From: a candidate division FCPU426 bacterium
Lineage (GTDB): Bacteria > Oederibacteriota > JAAXVQ01 > JAUVAV01
DNA: 64,000 nucleotides
Assembly: GCA_040756875.1 (NCBI GenBank)
Contig: JBFLYH010000001.1
Coordinates: forward strand, 32,001-96,000
Reading direction: 5' to 3'
In this document: one piece after another, positions 34,628 to 43,100 of the stretch
Numbering within the stretch: the first letter of the stretch is position 1
How the letters are laid out: the number at the start of each line of letters is the position of its first letter
Translations under genes and position numbers: made by a program
Notes under the pieces: model-generated
What the model was told of the DNA's origin: nothing
What the model saw: the letters and a program-made list of their open reading frames with translations, nothing else
The model's database searches: none

Positions 34628-35701
34628 ATGCCCGGTGCCAGCCCCGGCAAGCTGTCTTTCTTGGACCGCTATTTAACCTTGTGGATTTTTATTGCCATGG
34701 GGGCGGGGGTGACGTTGGGGTACTGTTATCCGGCTATAGCTGGTTTTTGGAACCGCTTCCAATCCGGCAGCACCAATCTCCCGATCGCCCTGGGTCTTCT
34801 TCTCATGATGTACCCGCCTTTGGCCAAAGTCCGCTATGAAGAGATGGGCATGATCTTCAGGAATAAAAAGCTGCTGACCCTGTCTTTGCTGATGAATTGG
34901 GTCATCGGGCCGCTGCTCATGTTTGCGCTGGCCGTCCTGTTTCTGCGCGAGTATCCCGGATATATGATCGGCGTCATCCTGGTCGGCCTGGCGCGCTGCA
35001 TTGCCATGGTGATTGTTTGGAACGAGCTGGCCGAGGGCGACCGCGAACTGGCGGCCGGCCTAGTGGCATTCAATGCGGTTTTTCAAGTGCTGTTTTATGC
35101 CGTGTATATCTATTTGTTCATCACCTTGGGTTTGAATTGGCTCGGTCTGGCTGAAAATGCAAACATCCACGTCTCCATGCTGGATTCAGCCAAGACGGTT
35201 TTAATCTATCTGGGCATCCCATTTCTGGCTGGTTTGTCGACCCGCTGGCTGGCATTGAAAATCAAGGGCAGGGAATGGTATGAAAAGCAATTCCTTCCCA
35301 AGATCAGTCCGCTGACGCTGGCCGCGCTGCTGTTCACGATTGTGGTTATGTTTTCTTTAAAGGGCGAATACATCATCAAGTTGCCGCTGGATGTTTTGCG
35401 CATAGCCCTGCCGCTTTCCATCTATTTCGTGGTCATGTGGTTCGCGGCTTATTTCCTGTCGCGCTGGCTGCGCGGGTCGCATGCCCAGACCGTGGCTGTG
35501 TCGTTTACCGCCGGCAGCAATGATTTCGAGCTGGCCATCGCCGTGGCGGTCGCCATATTTGGCATCAACTCCGGCCAAGCGTTTGCGACGGTGATAGGCC
35601 CACTGATCGAAGTGCCGGTTCTGGTGTTGCTGGTCGGCGTTGCGTCCCGGCTTAAACCCAAAAGGCACACAGTGCCGGATAAGAAAGGCACATCCGTCTG
35701 A
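34628..35701 (+). CDS. acr3: Acr3-family arsenite efflux transporter
   Basis: [56 protein letters not shown]. Confidence 0.95.
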   Translation: MPGASPGKLSFLDRYLTLWIFIAMGAGVTLGYCYPAIAGFWNRFQSGSTNLPIALGLLLMMYPPLAKVRYEEMGMIFRNKKLLTLSLLMNWVIGPLLMFALAVLFLREYPGYMIGVILVGLARCIAMVIVWNELAEGDRELAAGLVAFNAVFQVLFYAVYIYLFITLGLNWLGLAENANIHVSMLDSAKTVLIYLGIPFLAGLSTRWLALKIKGREWYEKQFLPKISPLTLAALLFTIVVMFSLKGEYIIKLPLDVLRIALPLSIYFVVMWFAAYFLSRWLRGSHAQTVAVSFTAGSNDFELAIAVAVAIFGINSGQAFATVIGPLIEVPVLVLLVGVASRLKPKRHTVPDKKGTSV

Positions 35702-35809
35702 ACCCAAAGACGGCTTTTTGTTCATTTGCCCGGTTTACCCCCTGCCCAAATGCTGGTATGATGACCCCCGAACATGCAATCATCTTTGTAAGGCGGCGAT
35801 ATCCCTGAC

Positions 35810-36622
35810 ATGATTGATATAATTAAAAGTTTCTCGCCCTTACAGCAGGCATTGGTTGCAGGATTATTCACTTGGGGTGTCACAGCCCTTGGCGCCTCGC
35901 TGGTGTTCACCACGCGCACGGTGAACCAGCGCCTGCTGGACGGCATGCTGGGATTCGCCGGAGGCGTGATGATCGCAGCCAGCTTCTGGTCCCTGCTGTC
36001 GCCGGCCATTGCCATGTCGGCAAACGGGCCGTTGCCGGCCTGGGTTCCGGCCGCCGTGGGCTTCGTGCTGGGCGCGGCTTTTTTACGCTTGGTCGATATT
36101 GTTTTGCCCCACCTGCACATCGGCTTTCCCACGGAAGAAGCGGAAGGCCTTCCGACGCATTGGCGACGGAGCACGCTCCTGGTTCTGGCCATCACCTTGC
36201 ACAATATCCCCGAAGGCCTGGCCATCGGCGTGGCGTTCGGCGCGGTGGCCGCCGGTTTCCCCGAAGCCACCCTGGCCGGCGCCGTCGCGCTGGCCATAGG
36301 GATCGGCATCCAGAATTTTCCCGAAGGGTTTGCCGTGTCCGTGCCGCTCCGGCGCGAAGGAATGTCCAGATGGAAAAGTTTCTGGTACGGCCAGCTGTCT
36401 GCGGTGGTCGAGCCCCTGGCTGCGCTGGCCGGGGCGGCCCTGGTCGTGGCCGCCAAGCCATTATTGCCGTATGCCCTGGCATTTGCCGCAGGCGCCATGA
36501 TCTTCGTGGTGGTCGAGGAAGTGATTCCCGAATCCCAGCGCAACCAGCACAACGAAATCGCCACCGGCGGCGCGATACTCGGATTCTTGGTCATGATGGT
36601 TCTGGATGTGGCTTTGGGGTGA
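35810..36622 (+). CDS. ZIP-family (ZupT/GufA) metal transporter
   Basis: [28 protein letters not shown]. Confidence 0.93.
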   Translation: MIDIIKSFSPLQQALVAGLFTWGVTALGASLVFTTRTVNQRLLDGMLGFAGGVMIAASFWSLLSPAIAMSANGPLPAWVPAAVGFVLGAAFLRLVDIVLPHLHIGFPTEEAEGLPTHWRRSTLLVLAITLHNIPEGLAIGVAFGAVAAGFPEATLAGAVALAIGIGIQNFPEGFAVSVPLRREGMSRWKSFWYGQLSAVVEPLAALAGAALVVAAKPLLPYALAFAAGAMIFVVVEEVIPESQRNQHNEIATGGAILGFLVMMVLDVALG

Positions 36623-36655
36623 CTGCGTTTATTTTCAACGATAGGGAGGCATGAA

Positions 36656-37123
36656 ATGAAGACGCTGGTCGTGTACGATTCCTTTTTCGGAAATACCGAG
36701 CAGATCGCCCGGGCCGTCGGCCGGGGGTTGGGCGTGCCGGCTTCCGGCGTACTGCGTCCCAAGGATGCCGGGCCCGAACAAATGGCCGGGCTGGAATTGT
36801 TGATCGTGGGCTCGCCCACCCGGGGCTTCAGGCCCACGGAGGCAGTCGCCAAATGGATAGGAAATTTGCCTGGGAATTCGCTGCAAAACGTGCGGGTGGC
36901 GGGGTTCGACACCCGGATCGCCCTGGAAGACATCAAAGCCTCGGCTTTGCGTTTGCTCGTGAAAATCGGAGGCTACGCGGCCAAACATATTGTTTCGGCC
37001 TTGAAGAAAAAAGGCGGAAAGGTTATTGCCGAACCGGAAGGTTTTTTTGTGGCGGATGAAAAAGGCCCGCTTAAGGCCGGCGAAACGGAACGCGCCGCCG
37101 AATGGGCCAAGCAACTGAGGTGA
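36656..37123 (+). CDS. Flavodoxin-family protein
   Basis: VYDSFFGNTEQIA FMN loop, VGSPT, FDTR. Confidence 0.9.
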   Translation: MKTLVVYDSFFGNTEQIARAVGRGLGVPASGVLRPKDAGPEQMAGLELLIVGSPTRGFRPTEAVAKWIGNLPGNSLQNVRVAGFDTRIALEDIKASALRLLVKIGGYAAKHIVSALKKKGGKVIAEPEGFFVADEKGPLKAGETERAAEWAKQLR

Positions 37124-37129
37124 TCTGAG

Positions 37130-37759
37130 ATGGCCGCGCCCTCCCCGTCAACCCTCCGGCCGCTGCTGCCGCTCATCGCCTTTAGCGCCGCTTATTTTCT
37201 GGCCGGGTTGGTCCTGATCCTGGTCCGGCAGGATTACGAATTCCTGGTATACATCGGCGTCATGGGCGCGGTAGCCGCGCTGATCGTGCATGTCCATCGC
37301 CGGGTCAATTTATCCCTGACCAGCTTATGGGGGATGAGCGTCTGGGGTCTGTTGCATCTGGCCGGAGGGTTGGTGGCGGTTCCGGCGGATTGGCCGGTCG
37401 AAGGTTCAAGAGTGTTATATTCCTGGTGGCTGATCCCTCAAGCGTTGAAATTCGACAATATCGTGCATACCTACGGGTTTGGAATCACAACCTGGATTTG
37501 CTGGCAGGGGATGGCCGCCTCCTTGCGCAGCCAAGGCCTGGCGCCCCGTCCGACGCTCGGCCGCCTGACCCTGGCCGCCGCGGCCGGGCAGGGGTTTGGC
37601 GCACTTAACGAGGTGCTGGAATTCGCCGTCACCCTGATCGTTCCCAACACGAACGTGGGCGGGTATGTGAACACCGGCTGGGATTTGGTGTGCAACCTGC
37701 TGGGGTCGCTGACCGCCGTGCTGATGATTGCCTGGCTTACCCCTCGTCCACGTGGATGA
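37130..37759 (+). CDS. DUF2238-like membrane protein
   Basis: Multi-TM; LHLAGG, FDNIVHTYG, GALNEVLEF, GGYVNTGWDL. Confidence 0.65.
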   Translation: MAAPSPSTLRPLLPLIAFSAAYFLAGLVLILVRQDYEFLVYIGVMGAVAALIVHVHRRVNLSLTSLWGMSVWGLLHLAGGLVAVPADWPVEGSRVLYSWWLIPQALKFDNIVHTYGFGITTWICWQGMAASLRSQGLAPRPTLGRLTLAAAAGQGFGALNEVLEFAVTLIVPNTNVGGYVNTGWDLVCNLLGSLTAVLMIAWLTPRPRG

Positions 37760-38225
37760 GGGCGGCGATCAGCGTGGCATTGTCCGCCGTGGTCTTGCGC
37801 AGGCGCCCGGCCAGGGACCGGGCGATCTCCCGGACGACGTAGAACCCGATTTTGGGATTGTCGGCGCACAACCTTTCGAAGTCGCGCTTGCGGAGCACGA
37901 AACATTCCACCCGCGTCAGGGCGCAGACCGATGCGGAACGCAGGTCGTCGTCCATTAACGCCACCTCGCCGAAAAAAGCATTCATGTCATCCGTCAAGTT
38001 GGCCACCACGAACGGATCCTTGGCGAGGGTCTTTTTTTCCACCCGCACGGAACCCCGGTTCAGGATATACATGGCGTCGCCGCGCTCGCCTTCGCGAATG
38101 ATGCAATGGCCGGGCGGGAAAGCCTGAGTGCGGATTAAAGCGGCGACCTTAGCTAGCGCTCCCGGGTCGTCCTTCAGCTGCTTGAAGAGGGTGATCTGAC
38201 GGAGACGGTCGACGACGGTGCTCAT
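37737..38225 (-). CDS. Stand-alone cyclic-nucleotide-binding domain protein
   Basis: IIREGERGDAMYILNRGSVRV...FFGEVAL....RSASV.A; no HTH follows. Confidence 0.9.
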   Translation of the reverse strand: MSTVVDRLRQITLFKQLKDDPGALAKVAALIRTQAFPPGHCIIREGERGDAMYILNRGSVRVEKKTLAKDPFVVANLTDDMNAFFGEVALMDDDLRSASVCALTRVECFVLRKRDFERLCADNPKIGFYVVREIARSLAGRLRKTTADNATLIAALIHVDEG

Positions 38226-39469
38226 AGCGGCCTCTTGAGGACCAGCACGGCCAGCGCGTTGGCGGGCACGGGGTAATTTTCCTCGGGATTGAGGTTGGGC
38301 TGGTTGTGCTCCAGTTCCCGGGCATTATGGAGGTTTTTCACCAGTTGGCCGACATCCGCGGTTTTTTGCGCCTGGCGGACGGCTTCCTGTTTGCGTTCGT
38401 GGAAACTGCCGGCGTTTTCGACCAGCCCGATCAGGATCGCACGGGAGTGGCGGCGGAAGTGTTCGCGCAGCTCGGAAAAAGGCTTACCGAGGAACCCGGG
38501 CGGGATGGATTCGGTGACGATGAAGGCCGGCGTATGCGCGCTCAGCAGATCGTTGACCACCTTGGCCATGCCGACCTGGGAAAAAGCGTTCGCGATCAGC
38601 ACTTTGCTGTATTCGTTGGTATAGATGATGTCTTCCACATGGGCTGAACGCAGATAGCTCTCGAACTGCACATCCAACAATTCGGCGCAGATGCGCACGT
38701 CCCGGGAAAGGGTGCGGATGGTCATGGCCGCCATGACGGTTTTGGAGTCCATCTCCGTGGACGAGGCGTTGGGGGCGCTTTCGTCGGCCAGCAGGAACAC
38801 CTGGGCCGCGGCCGCCACGTTGGCCTTGCGCAGCATGGCCTCGTTGTAGTGTTCGCCGCGCAGGATCGTCACCTTCTGGAAGGCGGGATACTGCTGGTGG
38901 AACACCTCGATGATTTCGGGTTCGACATTGGCGATGACGATGATTTTCCGCAGGTCAAGACGGGGATTGTTGTACACGATCTCGTCGAGCAGCTTGTTCA
39001 TGGCCTGCTTCCAGCCGCCCAGGATAAAGTGGTTGCGATATTTGGAGAGATCCATGACTCCCCTCCGTTCCATTAATTTTTTAGTGGTCAAGGCCGACGC
39101 CAGGTTGGCGGTGAACATCGAAACCGTGGCAATGCTCAGAAACAACACCAGAATGACCAGCAGGCGGCCGGCCGTCGTTCCCGGCGCTATGTCGCCGTAA
39201 CCGCACGTGGATATGGTGACAATGGACCAGTAAAGGGCCGTGACCAGCCGCTCCCAGGATGCCGCAGTCTGGGCCGGCGGATGCACTGCGGCCACGCGCT
39301 CGTATTCCAGGGAAAGAAAGAGCAGTCCGGCGACCAAAACGAAGGCGGCCAGGAAAAGAAAATACCTGAAAACCTTTTCCCGGCGGAAAAGGAAAAACAA
39401 TGTGCGGTATTCGCCGAGCAGACTCTCGACTGCGGCGAAGAGGTTTTCCCACCATGAAAAGCGATGCAT
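38222..39469 (-). CDS. 2-TM potassium channel with RCK (TrkA-N) domain
   Basis: YWSIVTISTCGYGDIAP pore region; NHFILGGW; G.......LRKANV; ICAELLD. Its stop overlaps the start of the cNMP gene. Confidence 0.9.
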   Translation of the reverse strand: MHRFSWWENLFAAVESLLGEYRTLFFLFRREKVFRYFLFLAAFVLVAGLLFLSLEYERVAAVHPPAQTAASWERLVTALYWSIVTISTCGYGDIAPGTTAGRLLVILVLFLSIATVSMFTANLASALTTKKLMERRGVMDLSKYRNHFILGGWKQAMNKLLDEIVYNNPRLDLRKIIVIANVEPEIIEVFHQQYPAFQKVTILRGEHYNEAMLRKANVAAAAQVFLLADESAPNASSTEMDSKTVMAAMTIRTLSRDVRICAELLDVQFESYLRSAHVEDIIYTNEYSKVLIANAFSQVGMAKVVNDLLSAHTPAFIVTESIPPGFLGKPFSELREHFRRHSRAILIGLVENAGSFHERKQEAVRQAQKTADVGQLVKNLHNARELEHNQPNLNPEENYPVPANALAVLVLKRPL

Positions 39470-39570
39470 GCCCGACTCCAAATCCTAATGTTAAGCAAAA
39501 GCGGCTGTGCGGCGTCGCTGGCCATCACGCGGCTTCGGTAGTTCGGAAGCCGCTCATACCCGGGGGTCGT

Positions 39571-40578
39571 TCACAAATGGGATTTGGCGCGCTGATCCAG
39601 TTCGCGGTAGGGAAAGAGAGCCTGGTAATCCACTAAACTGGCCAAAGCCCGGGACTGCACCCGGATGCCGTCCTCTTCCAGGATGGCAATGGGGTTCAGG
39701 CCGCCGATGACCACGGCGCCGGCCCGCCCTTCGCTCACCGGAATGTCCAGCAGCGGCTGGCCGGGCCAGCCGATGGTCATAAACCCGCCCAGCCCCACTT
39801 GGTTCAGCCGTTCGGCGATTTCCACCACCCGGGTGCGGCTGTCCGCCGGAATTTCCCTGAAGCCGGCCCCGATGCGGCCGTTGCCCGTACCCGTGGCGCC
39901 GATATAATCCGTCATGCCCGTGCGGATGAAGATCTCCAGAGGATCGATGGTGGTGCCTTCGTAATTGATGAGTTCCACGAAGCGCCGGGGCTGGCGGTCC
40001 TGGATTTCCAGCAGCCCGCCATAGCGGGATTTGGTGGGTATGCCGTGGCTGAGCAAAACGCCGTTCAAGGTGACCGAGCACACCGTACCCACGCCCAGGC
40101 AATCGTCAGGCACGGTCAACTCCCCTACACGGGCGCCGGGTTGGAACAAGGTCAGCAACTGTCCCATGGCATAACCGGCGGAGAAGACCTTTTTAATGAG
40201 GGGCACCGAACGTTTGACTTTTTCCAGCGGCAGCATGCTGACATTGGTGATGACCGAGCCGCTCTTTTTGTCCAGATCGAACGTCATGTTATAGGCGAGT
40301 TGATCGATCTTGGCGGCCATGAACCCCACTTTTTCGTAGGTCTTGACCGCGGACAGTTCCTTGCTGCCCCGCGGGGTGATTTTGCGCCCCCGCTTGCCGT
40401 AGTTTTTAGTCAAACCTTCCCGGTCAAGTTCCAGCAGGTACAGGCGGACCGTGCGCCCGCTGACGTCATGACCCTGATCCTGCAACTGCCGGGTCAATTT
40501 GCTGCTGCTCAGGCATTCGCCGGTTTCCTGCAAGAGCTTCAAAATCGCCAAACGTTTCTTTTCGGTTTTATCGCGCAT
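39571..40578 (-). CDS. nrpR: NrpR-family nitrogen regulator (wHTH plus NRD/DUF128 domain)
   Basis: ILKLL...RTVRLYL.ELD..GLT...GR.IT..G wHTH; GSVITN, GTVCSVTLNG.LL..GIP, YEGTTIDPLEIF, GGLNPIA. Confidence 0.85.
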   Translation of the reverse strand: MRDKTEKKRLAILKLLQETGECLSSSKLTRQLQDQGHDVSGRTVRLYLLELDREGLTKNYGKRGRKITPRGSKELSAVKTYEKVGFMAAKIDQLAYNMTFDLDKKSGSVITNVSMLPLEKVKRSVPLIKKVFSAGYAMGQLLTLFQPGARVGELTVPDDCLGVGTVCSVTLNGVLLSHGIPTKSRYGGLLEIQDRQPRRFVELINYEGTTIDPLEIFIRTGMTDYIGATGTGNGRIGAGFREIPADSRTRVVEIAERLNQVGLGGFMTIGWPGQPLLDIPVSEGRAGAVVIGGLNPIAILEEDGIRVQSRALASLVDYQALFPYRELDQRAKSHL

Positions 40579-40620
40579 GGTAGAAATGATAGGGGGCAAA
40601 CTACCAATTGTCAAACATAA

Positions 40621-40640
40621 TATTGGCAAAATTGCCAATA
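40621..40640. promoter_or_regulatory. Palindromic operator near the nrpR start
   Basis: TATTGGCAA-aa-TTGCCAATA, a perfect 9-bp inverted repeat. Confidence 0.6.
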
Positions 40641-40837
40641 ATACCGACAACATTGAAACCGTTCCGGAAGATGAAAGGGTTTGATTCCAGCGTTTTCGCA
40701 ACCGTGAGGTTGAAGCACGGGAAAAAAAACGATTCGCTAAATTCCACATATTTACGCCGATTCGGCAAAATTACCAACCTGGCGCTGCCCAGGGCCGCCG
40801 CACGCGCGCGCCCCTGAATAAAAAACCAGCTGGGTCG

Positions 40838-40881
40838 TTGACAAACGGGAACTGTTTTGGAAGAATGGGCAACGTTTTGCC
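40838..40881 (+). promoter_or_regulatory. Sigma70 promoter of the glutamate synthase-family gene with operator near +1
   Basis: TTGACA (40838)-17 nt-AAGAAT (40861, preceded by TGn), then GGCA-ACGTTT-TGCC (40868-40881). Confidence 0.65.
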
Positions 40882-40963
40882 AATTCCGCCGATCCGACCG
40901 GCATGCCGGGCGGGCGGAAGGCGGCGCTTCGGCGCCTATCTGTTTTATTCCAAGGGGGTCCGT

Positions 40964-42652
40964 ATGATTCAATGGCCGAAAAACAATGACGCGTTGGGCA
41001 CCATCAACCGGGGCAATCCCTGCGAGTCGGGGTTGTGCACCTTGTGCGAATCCGGCTGCAAGGGCAAGTGCGAAACCTGGCTGTCATCCATTAAAGGGCG
41101 CAAATTGCTGTATCCGCGCGACTTTGGCTCCATTACCGCGGGCAGCAGCAACACCACGCACCTGGGCGTGAATTACAACGCCCTGCGCATCAATGGATAC
41201 AATTATGGCGCCACGGGGCTGCCCAAGGGCCTGTCCAATTCAGAAGACGAATGCATTTTTCCCAATGTGAGCCTGGCGACGGAATTCGGGACCGCGGTCA
41301 AAACCAAATGCCGCGTGCCGATCATGACCGGCGCCCTGGGCTCGACCTTCATCGCGGCCAAATACTGGGAGTCGTTCGCTGTCGGCGCGGCCCTGGTCGG
41401 TTATCCGATCGTGGTCGGCGAAAACGTAGTGGGCATCGACCGCCAGGCGGAGATCAAGAACGGCAAAATCAGCAAAGCACCGGAACTTGACCGCCGGATC
41501 GAAACCTTCCTCCGCTATCATGACGGTTTTGGGGCGATCATCGTGCAGATGAACGTCGAAGACACCCGCAACGGCGTGGCGGAGTACGTCATTGGGAAAT
41601 ACGGCGACAAAGCCATCATTGAGCTCAAGTGGGGGCAGGGCGCCAAGGACATCGGCGGCGAAATCCAGGTGACGAGCCTGGATTATGCCTTGTTCCTGAA
41701 GAACCGCGGCTATGTCGTGGATCCGGATCCGACCAAGCCCGAAGTGCAGGAGGCTTTCAAGAACAAGTCCATCAAGTCCTTCGCCCGCCACAGCCGCCTG
41801 GGCTATACCAAACTCTCATCGGCCGAACAGGTGGAGAAGTCGTTCCATGAAGCCGTGGCGTACCTGCGCAAGATCGGCTACAAGCGCATCTCGCTCAAAA
41901 CCGGCTCTTACGGCATGGAAGCCCTGGCCATGTCGATCAAGTTCGCCAGCGACACCAAGCTCGACCTCCTGACCATCGACGGGTCGGGCGGCGGCACAGG
42001 CATGAGCCCGTGGAACATGATGGAAACCTGGGGCGTGCCCTCGCTCTACTTGCACGCCAAAGCCGTGGAATACGCGGATATCCTGGCCAAGAAGGGCACC
42101 CGGGTCGTGGACATGGCGTTCGCCGGCGGACTGGCCCGCGAGGACCATATTTTTAAAGCCCTGGCCCTGGGGTCGCCTTATGTGAAGCTGATCTGCATGG
42201 GCCGCGCGCTCATGATCCCCGCGTTCCTCGGCGCCAATGTGCAGGGTGTGCTGCAACCCGATAAGCGCCAGGCGCTCAACGGCAACTGGACCGAACTTCC
42301 GCCCAATGTCACGCAGAACGGCGGCACGACCGTCGAGGAAATTTTCGCCGGGTATTTCGATGTGCAGAAGAAAGTCGGCAAGAATGAAATGAAAAACATC
42401 CCCATGGGCGCCATTGCGGCCTGGACCATGGCTGACAAGCTGGCTGCTGGCCTGCAACAATTGATGGCCGGCGCCAGGCGGTTCAGCCTGCCTGCGATCA
42501 GCCGCCACGACATTTTCTCGATGAATCGGGAAGTGGAGGCCATAACCTGCATTCCCTTCATCAATGATATGGACGATGATTGCGCCAAAGCCATCTTGGC
42601 CGGCAAAGGCGCGAAAAAGAGCGCGAAAAAAGCCACTAAGAAAGGTAAATAA
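40964..42652 (+). CDS. Stand-alone FMN-binding glutamate synthase-family protein
   Basis: N-terminal CESGLCTLC..GC.GKCE; IELKWGQGAK..GGE, LTIDGSGGGTG, FAGGL..EDHIFKALALG...MGR. Confidence 0.9.
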   Translation: MIQWPKNNDALGTINRGNPCESGLCTLCESGCKGKCETWLSSIKGRKLLYPRDFGSITAGSSNTTHLGVNYNALRINGYNYGATGLPKGLSNSEDECIFPNVSLATEFGTAVKTKCRVPIMTGALGSTFIAAKYWESFAVGAALVGYPIVVGENVVGIDRQAEIKNGKISKAPELDRRIETFLRYHDGFGAIIVQMNVEDTRNGVAEYVIGKYGDKAIIELKWGQGAKDIGGEIQVTSLDYALFLKNRGYVVDPDPTKPEVQEAFKNKSIKSFARHSRLGYTKLSSAEQVEKSFHEAVAYLRKIGYKRISLKTGSYGMEALAMSIKFASDTKLDLLTIDGSGGGTGMSPWNMMETWGVPSLYLHAKAVEYADILAKKGTRVVDMAFAGGLAREDHIFKALALGSPYVKLICMGRALMIPAFLGANVQGVLQPDKRQALNGNWTELPPNVTQNGGTTVEEIFAGYFDVQKKVGKNEMKNIPMGAIAAWTMADKLAAGLQQLMAGARRFSLPAISRHDIFSMNREVEAITCIPFINDMDDDCAKAILAGKGAKKSAKKATKKGK

Positions 42653-42667
42653 CCTGTAGCAGGTTTG

Positions 42668-42708
42668 AAGAGGCGGCGGGCATTTAACGCCCGCCGCCTT
42701 TTTGTTTT
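42668..42708 (+). terminator. Intrinsic terminator
   Basis: AGGCGGCGGGC-atttaac-GCCCGCCGCCT followed by TTTTGTTTT. Confidence 0.9.
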
Positions 42709-42810
42709 AATCCCTCCGCAAGAATCCCCGGGCTTTAGCCCGGGGAGAGGTTTGCGGGATTTGTTTGCGTAGGGAGGGAGCCCCGGACTTTAGTCCGGGG
42801 GTCGCTCCAC
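42709..42810. mobile_element. Non-autonomous IS200/IS605-type element (two subterminal hairpins, no ORF)
   Basis: Hairpins TCCCCGGGCT-tt-AGCCCGGGGA (42725-42746) and CCCCGGACT-tt-AGTCCGGGG (42781-42800) resemble IS200/IS605 end hairpins with CTTTAG loops; a related copy lies at 23826. Confidence 0.6.
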
Positions 42811-42820
42811 TCGACCGGGA

Positions 42821-42853
42821 CAAATGATAATTAATAATGATTTTTATCATTTG
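42821..42853. promoter_or_regulatory. AT-rich palindromic operator (Fur-box-like) upstream of the kinase gene
   Basis: CAAATGATAA-N13-TTATCATTTG, a perfect 10-bp inverted repeat; TATAAT at 42870. Confidence 0.45.
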
Positions 42854-43100
42854 CTGGCCAATAAAGGGTTATAATGTGCCGTATTTGCAGCCGGATGAAT
42901 ACCGCCTGCCTCTTCTTGCTGCACTAGCCACCTCGTTTTCGTTTTTCACGCATGCTTGAGGAAGCGGAAAAACTCCCCACGTTCGGTGTGCAAATAACAC
43001 CTTAATCCTCGGTGATTAGCACCGTGGATAATAGTATTGGGCAGTCAAGGCGTGTTGCCGTTATCCAGGGCAATGGCAGTCCGCTTGAGGGAGTTATTGC

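Noticed and set aside
40579-40963. Upstream extensions of nrpR (to 40749) and of the glutamate synthase gene (from 40838)
   Set aside because: They run through the shared promoter/operator region; the TTG at 40838 is the -35 box.
42880-43100. c-di-GMP or other known riboswitch in the kinase leader
   Set aside because: Only a short TATTGGGCA resemblance; the remaining conserved elements could not be found by eye. An Rfam scan would be decisive.
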